Part shown: positions 46,811-55,683 of the stretch, in pieces
Position numbering within the stretch: position 1 is the stretch's first letter
Layout: every line of letters begins with the position of its first letter
DNA from: Terriglobales bacterium
GTDB taxonomy: Bacteria > Acidobacteriota > Aminicenantia > Aminicenantales > Saccharicenantaceae
Reading direction: 5' to 3'
DNA: 64,000 bases
Assembly (NCBI GenBank): GCA_035543515.1
Contig: DATKJS010000133.1
Location: 1,134-65,133, forward strand
Position numbers and translations under genes: made by a program
The notes under the pieces: model-generated
Database searches by the model: none
Seen by the model: the letters and a program-made list of their open reading frames with translations, nothing else
Told to the model about the DNA's origin: nothing

Positions 46811-47464
46811 TCAGCGCCCGAAAACGAGCCGGCCGAAGAATTCCGGCCTATGGAAATCTGGCTTCGGGGTCCCGACCGGGCTCCAGGCGCCGAAGTGCGG
46901 GAATTCCGTCTCGTCCCCGCACTTGTAGAAATTGGCCATGGACGTGTGCCCGGGCTCGACCTCGCGGCCATAGAGGGCCCGGAAGAGCCCGAGCGGGACC
47001 CGGTAGGCCAGGGCCCAGCGCCCGCCAGCGACCGGGCCGTCGACCGGTGTGCCGAGCGAGGACTTGGCCCGGAAGCCGCGGAGCTCAGCCTTGGCGAGAG
47101 GCCTCCGATGGCCGCGGTCGGGGCCGAAGGCGATGAGGAAGGCGCCGATGGCGTTGCCCTCGAAGTTGACGTAGCCCCGCCTGAGGTCCGGGAAGGCGTC
47201 GACGAAAAACTCGACGCAGCTGTCCTTCCAGACGGGGTCCTGGAAGCGCGTGAAGCGGGCCCGCACCCGTGCCTCCTCGACGTCGAAGCGGACATGGAGG
47301 AACCGGGCGGACCAGCAGAGCCTGGCCTCGACGCGCGGCCGGCAGCCATTCCTCGTCCATTCATAGTGGGAGACGGCCAGGGAGGGCACGCCGCGCCAGG
47401 CGGCCGGCGGGGCACCGACATCCAGGTCATTCCGAACCCGGACGACCTCGTATTCGGGGACCAC
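46811..47464 (-). CDS. CBM9-like carbohydrate-binding-fold protein, no signal peptide
   Basis: Balanced amino-acid composition, unlike the overlapping Arg/Pro-rich frame. The motifs DSCVEFFVD...NFYKCGDETEFPHFGAWSP...PDFHRPEFFG resemble the CBM9_2 family. Confidence 0.65.
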   Translation of the reverse strand: MVPEYEVVRVRNDLDVGAPPAAWRGVPSLAVSHYEWTRNGCRPRVEARLCWSARFLHVRFDVEEARVRARFTRFQDPVWKDSCVEFFVDAFPDLRRGYVNFEGNAIGAFLIAFGPDRGHRRPLAKAELRGFRAKSSLGTPVDGPVAGGRWALAYRVPLGLFRALYGREVEPGHTSMANFYKCGDETEFPHFGAWSPVGTPKPDFHRPEFFGRLVFGR

Positions 47465-47469
47465 GGCCG

Positions 47470-49539
47470 CTACTTTCCGGCCGGAGCGCAGGCCGCGACA
47501 AGCTTCTCGACGGCCTCGACCACGGCCAGCCGCGATTGGGCCCTGGGCTTCTTGGCCTCTTCCAGGAGCTTGGCCCGCCCTTCGACCCAGCCCTTCTCGG
47601 GCGCCTTGCCCGAGACGAGGAAGGCCAGCGCTTCGAGGCCCGCGGCCGAGACGGATTCAAGGGCCATGGAAAGGCCCTCGACCTCGCGCAGGGCCGGCGA
47701 TGAGGCGAGGAAAGGAAGGACCAAGGGGTGGTTCTTTTTCCAGCAGACGAGCGAGGACCGGAGCTCCTCGGCCAGGGCCGGGTCGCGGCTCTCGAGGAAG
47801 CGTCCGACCTTGACCCGAAAATCCCGGGCCGCGAGCGACTCCGGGAAGCAGGCGTCGACGAACCGCGTGTAAGGGGAAAGCGTGGAATAGGTGACGCCCT
47901 GGGCGCTGCGTTCGTAGCCCCTGAGCGGCTCCGTGACTCCGGCCAGGACCTCGAGCGGCCGGACGTCCGTCGCTCCGGCCAAGCGGCGGAGCATCATCGC
48001 CTGGTACTTGAGATGCGTCAGGCCGAGCTCCTCGAGCTCGGTTTCGACGAGCGCGAGGCGGCGGTACATGTCATCGACGTTCTTCACCCCCGCGGGCGAC
48101 CAAAGACGCTCGGCGATGGCCGCCGTCCGCGGCCAGATCCGTGAATCGATGGTCTCGGGCGTGACCATTTCGCCCCACATCGTCGCCTCGCCGCCGAGGA
48201 CAAGGGCCTTTTCGGCATCGGACAAGGGCGAGCCGGCCGGGATGGGGTCGTTCAGGTAATGCTCGACCGCCGGCTGGCAGAGGTCGATGTAATAGCCGTT
48301 CGACAGGATGCCCTGGTAGCCCTTCTGGGCGGCCGCGATCAAGGACTCCGGGCCGCGCCAGGAATGGATGACGATGGTCTTCGGCAGCGTCGGCTGGAAG
48401 ATCTCGTCCCAGCCGACCATCTTCTTGCCGAGCTTGGTCAGGATCCTGAGGATCCGGGTGTTGAATTGGGCCTGGAGGGCGTCGTTGTTGGCGAGGCCGT
48501 GGGATTTCATGTAGGCCCGGATGGCCCGGTTCGCGTTCCACTGGTCGGGGTTGACCTCGTCCCCGCCGATGTGGATGTACGGGTCGGGGAAGAGCCCTGC
48601 CATCTCCCTGAAGAACTTGTCGAAAAAGCCGTAAACCCTCTCGCTGGTGGGGTCGAAGGCCGGGCCGAAGACGCCGAAGTGCCGCTCGAGCTCGTAGGGC
48701 CCGGGCGCGGCGGCGAGCTCCGGATAGGCGACGAGCCAGCTCGTCGAATGGCCCGGGACGTCGAATTCGGGCATGACCCGGATGCCGCGGTCCGCGGCGT
48801 AGGCGACGACGTCCCGGATCTCGTCCCGGGTGTAGAACATGCCGTCCGAGCCGCGCTCGTGGAGCTTCGGGAAGACCTTGGATTCGACCCGGAAGCCCTG
48901 GTCCTCGGTCAGGTGCCAGTGCAAAACGTTGAGCTTGACGGCGGCCATGCCGTCGAGGTTCCTCTTGATGACGTCGACCGGCTCGAAATGCCGGCCGACG
49001 TCGATGAGCAGGCCGCGCCAGGTAAACCTCGGCCTGTCCTGGACCTCGACGCACGGGAAATAATACCCGGCTTCGTCGGCGTCGAGAAGCTGGAGAAGGG
49101 TCTCGAAGCCGCGCAGGACGCCGATGTCGGTCACGGCCGACAGGGTTATGCCGTCCGGTTTGACGCTCAGGGCGTAGGATTCATCCTCGTTCGGCTCGAG
49201 CCTGCCGACCCTCTGGAAGGAATAGGAAACGGCGGGGCCTTTCGAGGCCGACTGGGAAAGGAGATAATCCTGCTTGAAAAAGAGGGCCGGCCGGCCGGCG
49301 AGCCGGGCCATGAACCGGGCCGCGGCATGGAACACGCGCGAGCCGGGCTGGCCCGGGCCCGCCACGCCCAGGTTCTCGTCGATGCGGAAGCGGCCATCGA
49401 TGACCGTGATCTTGTCCGGGACGGGCATGAGCCCGGTCACGCCGCGGGCGGGTCCGGCCGCGGCGGGCGCCGCAAGCCAGGACGCGGCGAGAGCGATCGC
49501 CACGGCCGCCAATAGGGACACGCGCAGATGCTTGTTCAC
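47470..49539 (-). CDS. GH20 beta-N-acetylhexosaminidase, secreted
   Basis: LNVLHWHLTEDQGFR and HIGGDEV (the catalytic D-E pair) are present, with a signal peptide. The GTG start follows a long GGAGG-rich tract. Confidence 0.9.
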   Translation of the reverse strand: MNKHLRVSLLAAVAIALAASWLAAPAAAGPARGVTGLMPVPDKITVIDGRFRIDENLGVAGPGQPGSRVFHAAARFMARLAGRPALFFKQDYLLSQSASKGPAVSYSFQRVGRLEPNEDESYALSVKPDGITLSAVTDIGVLRGFETLLQLLDADEAGYYFPCVEVQDRPRFTWRGLLIDVGRHFEPVDVIKRNLDGMAAVKLNVLHWHLTEDQGFRVESKVFPKLHERGSDGMFYTRDEIRDVVAYAADRGIRVMPEFDVPGHSTSWLVAYPELAAAPGPYELERHFGVFGPAFDPTSERVYGFFDKFFREMAGLFPDPYIHIGGDEVNPDQWNANRAIRAYMKSHGLANNDALQAQFNTRILRILTKLGKKMVGWDEIFQPTLPKTIVIHSWRGPESLIAAAQKGYQGILSNGYYIDLCQPAVEHYLNDPIPAGSPLSDAEKALVLGGEATMWGEMVTPETIDSRIWPRTAAIAERLWSPAGVKNVDDMYRRLALVETELEELGLTHLKYQAMMLRRLAGATDVRPLEVLAGVTEPLRGYERSAQGVTYSTLSPYTRFVDACFPESLAARDFRVKVGRFLESRDPALAEELRSSLVCWKKNHPLVLPFLASSPALREVEGLSMALESVSAAGLEALAFLVSGKAPEKGWVEGRAKLLEEAKKPRAQSRLAVVEAVEKLVAACAPAGK

Positions 49540-49622
49540 AGACTCCTCCTCTCCTCCTCCCGGCGCGCGGCCGGGCGCCGTTCCATGCTCCGACGCGGCC
49601 CTGTCCGGCTTCCGCGCCGCGG

Positions 49623-52600
49623 TCAGTTCGCGTTCCCGACGAGCGGGTCGGGCTTGACGACCACCGTTCTCGTCTCGACATCCTTGCCGTCGACGTTCAG
49701 GACGGCCTTGTAGGTCCCGGGCTGGACCTGGAGGCCCCGGCCGAACCGGCCCCCGCCCATCATCGGCGGCTGCTGGGCCTGGCCCTGCGGGGGCCGCCGG
49801 TTGAGGGCCCAGAAGGCCTTCTGCAGCCCTTTCTTGGCCGTGCCCGTGACCTCCTGGACGACGTTGCCCTCGAGGTCCCTGATGATGATCTTGACCGATT
49901 TGGGCTCGGCCTTGAGCCAGTAATAGAAGCTCGCCCCGACGGGCGGGTTGTCGACCTTGGCGAACTCGCCGTACTGTTCCCCGGCCATCTCCAGCCGATT
50001 CCAGCGGATGACGTCCTTGACGTCGAAGAACGCGGCGTCCTTCTCGAAGGTCTCCGGCTTGAAGTCCTTGATGGGGCCGATGTCGGCGATGTAGAAACCC
50101 CGTCCGTAGGTCGCGATGGCCATCTCGCGGTCGCGCCTTTGGATGGCCATGTCGCGGACGACGACGTTCGGCGCGCTCGTCGAGAAGGGCAGCCAGGTCT
50201 TGCCCTGGTCGAGGGTGACCTGGATGCCGTAGTCCCCGGAGATGTAGAGGACGTTCGCGTTGTCCGGGTCCTCCTCGACGTCGAAGAGCGGGTTCTGGAG
50301 GCCGTCCGAGATGTCCTGCCAGGTCTTGCCCTTGTCCCGGGTGACGTAGAGCCAGGTCTTGTCCTCGTTATGGGTCCGGTAGCCGCTGAACGCGACATAG
50401 CAGACGTTCTCGTCGAAGCGGGACGGCACGACCCTCTTCGCCCAGCGGTCGTAGGGGATGCGGTCGCCCGCGGCCATCTTCTTCGGCTTGCCGGCGCCGT
50501 CGTAGAACTGGGCCGTGATGTTGACCCAGGACGTGCCGCCGTCCGGGCTCATCTGGACGTTGCCGTCGTCCGTGCCGGCCCAGTAGAGGCCCGGCGTCTT
50601 GGGCGATTCGGCGAAGGTGTAGATCGTCGCATACTGGAGGTTGGTCTTCTTGGAGTCCGCGATCCGGGCCTTATCGGCCTTGGTCAGGTCGGGGCTTATC
50701 GTCTGCCAGGTGTTCGGCTCGCCACGCGTTAGGGAGCGGTGGACGAATTGGGAGCAGACGAAGACGATTCCGGGGTTGTGCGGCGAGAGGACGATCGGCG
50801 CGTTCCACTGGTAACGCTGGACCGGCTTGCCCTCGGCCCGTTCTTCGGGCGTCGTCCGGCGGGCGAGCTGTCCGGCCTGGCCCGTCTGGAGGTTCCGGCG
50901 CATCGAGGAGCCGAACTGGCTCTCCCAATAGATGTATTCGGGATTCCACCAGTCGCGGACGACGTAGAAGCCGTCGCCCGAGGGCAGGTAATCCCAGTCG
51001 CGGGCATAGACGCCCCAGGCGTTCCGGGTCTGGGACGGACCGATCCAGCACCCGTTGTCCTGTGTCCCGCCCATGACGTTGTAGGGCTGCTCGTTGTCGA
51101 CCGAGACGTCGTAGAACTGCTGGGCGCTGATGGTCGACTTCTGCATCCAGTGCCTGCCGCCGTCCCAGGTCTCGCAGGCCCCGCCGTCGTTGCCGGTCAG
51201 GATGTGGTTGCCGTTTTCGGGGTCGACCCAGACGGCGCGGTGGTCGACGTGGGTCTTGTAGGCTCCCTGGTCCCAGCCGGCGACCTTGAAGGTCTTGCCG
51301 GCGTCGTTGGAGAAGGTAACGTTCGTGTCGGCGCAGTAGAGGGTCTGGTCGTTCGTCTGGTCGACGACGATATGCCCGTAATAGCCGGCCTCCGTCTGGT
51401 TGACCTGGGCGCTGCCGCCCGAGAGCTTGTATTCCGTCATCCTCTTCCAGCTCTCGCCCTGGTCCTCGGACCGGTAGATGACGCCGGACCTCTTGACCGT
51501 TTCCTGGTTCCGAAGGGCGCCGCCGCAGAGGATCTCGAGGGCGTGACGGTTGAGGACCTGGGTACGCCCCTTGGCCTCGGTCGAGTCGGGTTTGGGGGCC
51601 TGGGCCTTGAGAAGCGCCTCGACGGCCTTGATGTTGGCCATGAGGGTCTCGTTCTTCGGATAGAATTTCCTGGCCGCGGCGTTGAGCTTGGCGATGTCCG
51701 CGCCCGTCTTGGTCAGGAAGTCCTTGTCCTTGACGAGCTCGGTGAGTTTCTTGGCCAGGTCGGCCTCGGTGTCCGCCGTGGGCGGCGTGAACTTGGCCAG
51801 CTTGGCCAGCTCGGCATTGACCTTGAAGCCCTTGAATCGGTTGAGGTACCAGTCGTCGCTGAAGACTTGGCCGGCCCGGAAGTCGGCGACGCCGTCGCGC
51901 AGGTCGAAGCCGAGGTCGACCTCCTCGTCGATGCGGGCGTAGACGATGGCCGGGTTCTTCTCGTAGATAGCGAGGCCCGTCCGGCCGACGCTGAGGCTTG
52001 CCGGGAGCCCGGTCGTAAGCTCCTTCCAGGTCCTGCCGCCATCGGTCGTCTTGTAAATCACATTTCCCGGCTGGCGGTCGATGAAGGTCCAGGCCCGGCG
52101 GTAAGTCTTGTAAGCCGCGGCCAGGACGACGTCGGAGTTCCGCGGGTCGATGACGAAATCGGCGACACCGCGGTCCTTGACCGGGAAGACGTTGGCCCAC
52201 GACTTGCCGCCGTCCGTCGTCTTGAACAGCCCGCGCTCGCAGTCCATCGCGTTGTCATAGAGCTTGCCCTCGGCGGCGACATAGACGACGTCGGGGTTCT
52301 TCGGGTCGACGCCGACCTTGGGGATGAAGAAGCTTCTCTCCAACCCGGCCTTGGCCCAGGTCTTGCCGGCGTCCGTGGACTTCCACAGCCCGTTGCCGTG
52401 CGTGCTCGACCGGGCGTGCATCGGCTCGCCCGTACCGAGGTAGAGGACCTTGGGGTCGGACGGGGCGATCCCCATGTATCCCATGCTCATGTTGCCGTAC
52501 TTGTCGAAGATGGGCTCAAAATGGATGCCGGCGTCCTCCGTCTTCCACAGGCCGCCGCTGGCCGTCAGGACGTAGTAGGTGAGGGTCTGCCCCCTCGGCA

Positions 52601-52820
52601 CGGCGAACTCCGCGATGCGGCCGGAGAAACTGACGGGGCCGATCCAGCGCCAGGCGAACAGGTTCAGGTCGTCGGCGGTGACCGGCAGCGCCGCCGGCGC
52701 GCGCGCGGCCTTGTCCTTCGCGGCCGGGGCCGGCGTCTGGGCCGTCGCCGCGACCGTCAGTGAAAAGAGCAGTGCCAGGAAAAGAACGCCCGGGATCGAG
52801 TTCCGGCGGAAATGGGACAT
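49623..52820 (-). CDS. Secreted sortilin/VPS10-type tandem beta-propeller protein, paralogue of 25778-28585 with an extra helical insert
   Basis: A signal peptide and repeated SxDxGxTW boxes are present, and the protein is collinear with the 935-aa paralogue. Residues about 301-444 are Lys/Ala/Leu-rich and are represented by only about 30 aa in the paralogue. Confidence 0.85.
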   Translation of the reverse strand: MSHFRRNSIPGVLFLALLFSLTVAATAQTPAPAAKDKAARAPAALPVTADDLNLFAWRWIGPVSFSGRIAEFAVPRGQTLTYYVLTASGGLWKTEDAGIHFEPIFDKYGNMSMGYMGIAPSDPKVLYLGTGEPMHARSSTHGNGLWKSTDAGKTWAKAGLERSFFIPKVGVDPKNPDVVYVAAEGKLYDNAMDCERGLFKTTDGGKSWANVFPVKDRGVADFVIDPRNSDVVLAAAYKTYRRAWTFIDRQPGNVIYKTTDGGRTWKELTTGLPASLSVGRTGLAIYEKNPAIVYARIDEEVDLGFDLRDGVADFRAGQVFSDDWYLNRFKGFKVNAELAKLAKFTPPTADTEADLAKKLTELVKDKDFLTKTGADIAKLNAAARKFYPKNETLMANIKAVEALLKAQAPKPDSTEAKGRTQVLNRHALEILCGGALRNQETVKRSGVIYRSEDQGESWKRMTEYKLSGGSAQVNQTEAGYYGHIVVDQTNDQTLYCADTNVTFSNDAGKTFKVAGWDQGAYKTHVDHRAVWVDPENGNHILTGNDGGACETWDGGRHWMQKSTISAQQFYDVSVDNEQPYNVMGGTQDNGCWIGPSQTRNAWGVYARDWDYLPSGDGFYVVRDWWNPEYIYWESQFGSSMRRNLQTGQAGQLARRTTPEERAEGKPVQRYQWNAPIVLSPHNPGIVFVCSQFVHRSLTRGEPNTWQTISPDLTKADKARIADSKKTNLQYATIYTFAESPKTPGLYWAGTDDGNVQMSPDGGTSWVNITAQFYDGAGKPKKMAAGDRIPYDRWAKRVVPSRFDENVCYVAFSGYRTHNEDKTWLYVTRDKGKTWQDISDGLQNPLFDVEEDPDNANVLYISGDYGIQVTLDQGKTWLPFSTSAPNVVVRDMAIQRRDREMAIATYGRGFYIADIGPIKDFKPETFEKDAAFFDVKDVIRWNRLEMAGEQYGEFAKVDNPPVGASFYYWLKAEPKSVKIIIRDLEGNVVQEVTGTAKKGLQKAFWALNRRPPQGQAQQPPMMGGGRFGRGLQVQPGTYKAVLNVDGKDVETRTVVVKPDPLVGNAN

Positions 52821-52854
52821 GGGACCTCCTTGGTCGGAAGAAATCGAGACTTTC

Positions 52855-52863
52855 TATATAGCA
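52855..52863 (-). promoter_or_regulatory. Candidate extended -10 promoter TGcTATATA for the VPS10 paralogue / GH20 operon
   Basis: Minus strand reads cctgTGCTATATAgaaag, about 35 nt upstream of AAGGAGG-ATG (52820). Confidence 0.4.
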
Positions 52864-52959
52864 CAGGGGGGCGGCCGAACGAAAGGGGCCGGCCTGGGGC
52901 CGACGGGGAATGGCCCGCGGCCCGGCCGGCCGGTCCGCGCATGAGCGCGTTCGTCCGGG

Positions 52960-53226
52960 CTAGATGTCGACCTTTTCGACGACGATGGTCAGGCTGGAGG
53001 CCAGGGCGGCCACGGCGCCGACAGCGGCCAGGATGGGGGCAACGACCGCGCCGACGACGCCGACCGTCAGCGGGATCTCCAGGAACGTCTTGCCCTCCGC
53101 ATCCTTGAGGATGATGCGTCGGACGTTGCCTTCGTGGATGATCTCCTTGATCTTCTCGGCGATCTCGGCGCTTTCGACGCGGAACTCCTCGGTCCTTGTC
53201 TTCTTCTCACTCTTCTTCTCGTCCAT
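52960..53226 (-). CDS. DUF4342 domain protein (88 aa)
   Basis: ATG 53226 follows GGAGGG. IHEGNVRRIILKDAEGKTFLEIPLTVGVVGAVVAPILAAVGAVAAL is the typical DUF4342 core. The track's 208-aa version is an off-target N-terminal extension. Confidence 0.8.
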   Translation of the reverse strand: MDEKKSEKKTRTEEFRVESAEIAEKIKEIIHEGNVRRIILKDAEGKTFLEIPLTVGVVGAVVAPILAAVGAVAALASSLTIVVEKVDI

Positions 53227-53251
53227 GGTTACCCTCCTATCGGGAAATACG

Positions 53252-53776
53252 TCAGAGTCCCGGAAAGAGTTTTCTGAGCAGGACCAGGGACTCCGGAAAG
53301 AGGTCGGACATCGGCACGGACTCCCAGCGCGCCCAGGCGATCCGCCAGCCGGGACCCGGAGAGCGGGCCAGGCGCACCTCGAAGCGATAGCATTCCCCGG
53401 CCACGCGGAGAAGCCTGCGGAAGACCTCGGCCGCGCCCGAGGAGAGGAAGGCCTCCGCTTCGACCGAGGCCTCCCCGCCCGGGCCGGCCGGCGTGACGCG
53501 CGCGCCGAGGAGGTGGATGACGATGCCGGTGCGGCGGAAGTATTCGCCGAGGAGGGCCCCGGTCTCCGCCTTGTCGCGCCCCTCAAAATCCGAATAGTTT
53601 TCGGCCAAGCGGGACATGACCCCGGCGAGGTCCTTATTCTCGGCCAGGGCCACGGTCTCCTTGAGGAAGGCCTTGATGCGGGCCTCCTCCGAGGACGGCC
53701 CGCAGGAGAGGGCCAGGCACGCCGCGGTCAGCAGACCGAAGCGGACTGACTTTTCCCGTGTCCCGCTCGTTCGCAC
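53252..53776 (-). CDS. Hypothetical lipoprotein (possibly NTF2/SnoaL-like fold)
   Basis: The lipobox is LALSCG. Composition is balanced. The gene is tightly spaced between the DUF2207 and DUF4342 genes. Confidence 0.6.
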   Translation of the reverse strand: MRTSGTREKSVRFGLLTAACLALSCGPSSEEARIKAFLKETVALAENKDLAGVMSRLAENYSDFEGRDKAETGALLGEYFRRTGIVIHLLGARVTPAGPGGEASVEAEAFLSSGAAEVFRRLLRVAGECYRFEVRLARSPGPGWRIAWARWESVPMSDLFPESLVLLRKLFPGL

Positions 53777-53806
53777 GCCCTGCTCACCTTCTCCGGCCGC
53801 CCGGAC

Positions 53807-55660
53807 TCATCCTGCCCCGCCGCCCCCGCCGCCGCCGCCCCCGCCGCCGCCGCCGCTGAACCCCCCTCCTCCGCCCGACGAGTAATGCGCGGCCGAGGTG
53901 CTGGCCTGGCTGACGGTCGTGGCCATGTGCTCGATGCTGTTGACCATGGCCGTTAAGTTGCCGGCCGTCGTGAGGAAGCCGGCCTGGCTGGCCCCCGCGT
54001 ACCAGGCTGGCACGGCCGCCCGCCGGTCCTGGAGGATGACCGGCAGGGCCTTGAGGATCTTCTTGGCGTTGCCGAAGAGGATGCCGAAGACGAGATATTG
54101 CTCCCAGAGCCTCACGGCCTCGGGCGGCAGCTCCCGGAACGCCGAGAAATCATCCAGGAAGTGCCTGAAGGCCTTCCACATCGCGTTCTCTCTGGCCCAA
54201 GACGGCGTCCGCCGCTTGAGGGTCGGGATGAGCGTTGCGGCCAGGATCATGAGGCCCGGGCTCAAAGTCAGGACGGCGACCGGCCAGGTCGCGGCGGCGA
54301 AGATATTCCTGGCCCGCACGCTCTCGGGCTCGAGAAACCCCAGGGGCCTTGTCGATTCCTTGATCCCCTTGGCCCATTCCTGGTACCACTTCTGGAACTC
54401 CTGGGCCTCTTTCCTCAAGTAATCCTTGAGGTTGTCGAGGGTGAAGGAAGAGCCCTTGAGTGCGCCCGGCTCGCCCAGCTTGCCGAAGAGCATCCCGAGA
54501 AGGCCCTTCTCGTGCTCCTTGAGCCCGGGGGCGGCCTGGAATTCCTTGAGGAGTGTCAGGCGGGTATCGGCGCGCCGCCGCGTGCCCAGGAGAGAATGCT
54601 TCTCGACGGTCAGGTCCTCCATGCTCAGCCAACCCCTGCGGGCCAGGTCGAAGATGGTGGCCGTGAACGCGGCCGGCGTGATCCCCCGGCCCTCCCGCAT
54701 GAGGACCTGGACGAAGGCGGGAGGCAGGTCCGAAGGCGGCTCCCGCCAATATTCGGGAAGGCCCTCGAACCGGTAATCCTTCCCGACCCGCGACCACGTC
54801 CGGGAATAGAAGAGGAGAAAGACCAGGGGGCCGACGACCTGCCAGACGCACCAGACCCCGAAGAGCTTCACCAGGAGCCGACGGCGTCTTTCCCGATCCT
54901 CCGCCCGGCGAGCCTCCCCTTCCCTGGCCGCCTTCACCCGCTCGATCGTCTGCCGGACAAAGCCGGCCTCCTCCTGCTTGATCGAGGCCAGGCTCGCGCC
55001 CGTTGCCGGCACTCCCGAGACGAGCCCCGCGGGCCAGACGACGCGGACCTCGACGAACTGGTGCGAGGGGACGTCGACGGCGGAGAAGCGGGCCGTCCTC
55101 GCGTCCACGACCTCGGCCCAGCCGGTGAGAGGGCCGTGGCCCCAGACGTTAAGGTCCGCGGCCCGCGGCAGCGGTTCAGGAAGCCGAACCTCGACCCCGA
55201 CCTTCTTCGTCGGCCGCTCCCAGCCGTCGCCGATCACCTGCCAATAGAGCTCGGTCACTTCGGGATAGCCGAGGATGCCGCCGCCGATGCGATAATGGAT
55301 GTGGAAGGTCCGGCGCTCGCTCCTAGCCGAATAGTGCCACCTCGCTTGGAAGGCCCCGCCGCCCGTGCCCGTCTCGCTCTTGAGCGGGGCCCCCCGCTCG
55401 TCGCTGACGGAGAATTCCGAGAGAGTGGCGGCATAGGACCGGCCCTCGCGGCGAACGACGAGCGGGATCCGCAGGTCGGCCCAGGAGAAGCTGCCCTGGA
55501 ATTCATAGGTGCGGAATTCGTCGACGCGGAAACTGCCATCTCTGTCCACGGCGATCTCCACCCTGACCTCGGGGAAATAGTAGTTCTTGGCCGGGGCCGC
55601 CGCGGCCGGGATGCCCGCCACGCAGAGCGAGAAGACGAGGAGAAAAGCCGTCCTTTTCAT
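53807..55660 (-). CDS. DUF2207 family membrane protein with C-terminal poly-glycine tail
   Basis: After a signal peptide, the N-terminal domain reads YYFPEVRVEIAVDRDGSFRVDEFRTYEF. It has central TM segments and ends SSGGGGGFSGGGGGGGGGGGGGAG. Confidence 0.85.
   Translation of the reverse strand: MKRTAFLLVFSLCVAGIPAAAAPAKNYYFPEVRVEIAVDRDGSFRVDEFRTYEFQGSFSWADLRIPLVVRREGRSYAATLSEFSVSDERGAPLKSETGTGGGAFQARWHYSARSERRTFHIHYRIGGGILGYPEVTELYWQVIGDGWERPTKKVGVEVRLPEPLPRAADLNVWGHGPLTGWAEVVDARTARFSAVDVPSHQFVEVRVVWPAGLVSGVPATGASLASIKQEEAGFVRQTIERVKAAREGEARRAEDRERRRRLLVKLFGVWCVWQVVGPLVFLLFYSRTWSRVGKDYRFEGLPEYWREPPSDLPPAFVQVLMREGRGITPAAFTATIFDLARRGWLSMEDLTVEKHSLLGTRRRADTRLTLLKEFQAAPGLKEHEKGLLGMLFGKLGEPGALKGSSFTLDNLKDYLRKEAQEFQKWYQEWAKGIKESTRPLGFLEPESVRARNIFAAATWPVAVLTLSPGLMILAATLIPTLKRRTPSWARENAMWKAFRHFLDDFSAFRELPPEAVRLWEQYLVFGILFGNAKKILKALPVILQDRRAAVPAWYAGASQAGFLTTAGNLTAMVNSIEHMATTVSQASTSAAHYSSGGGGGFSGGGGGGGGGGGGGAG
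53810..53876. repeat. Low-complexity (GCC/GGC)n tract encoding the poly-Gly tail
   Basis: The sequence cctgccccgccgcccccgccgccgccgcccccgccgccgccgccgctgaacccccctcctccgcc is read directly from the window. Confidence 0.8.
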
Positions 55661-55661
55661 C

Positions 55662-55683
55662 AGATTATCCCCAGATTATCCCC
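55662..55683. repeat. Perfect tandem duplication of an 11-nt unit (AGATTATCCCC x2) at the GH29 / DUF2207 junction
   Basis: Read directly from the sequence. One copy holds the GH29 stop codon, and the other supplies the GGGGA 7 nt before the DUF2207 ATG. Confidence 0.9.

Noticed and set aside
46795-47469. A cobalamin riboswitch or Fur box upstream of the BtuF-like binding-protein gene.
   Set aside because: The space is fully occupied by the CBM9-like coding sequence, with only 16 nt of spacer. I recognised no conserved B12-box-like element by eye, though a covariance-model scan would be needed to be certain.
53810-53885. A GC triplet repeat, considered as a CRISPR-like or minisatellite element. 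Also the antisense poly-Pro ORF at 53616-53885.
   Set aside because: There is no repeat-spacer periodicity. The tract is the in-frame poly-Gly tail of the DUF2207 gene, and the poly-Pro ORF is simply its complement.
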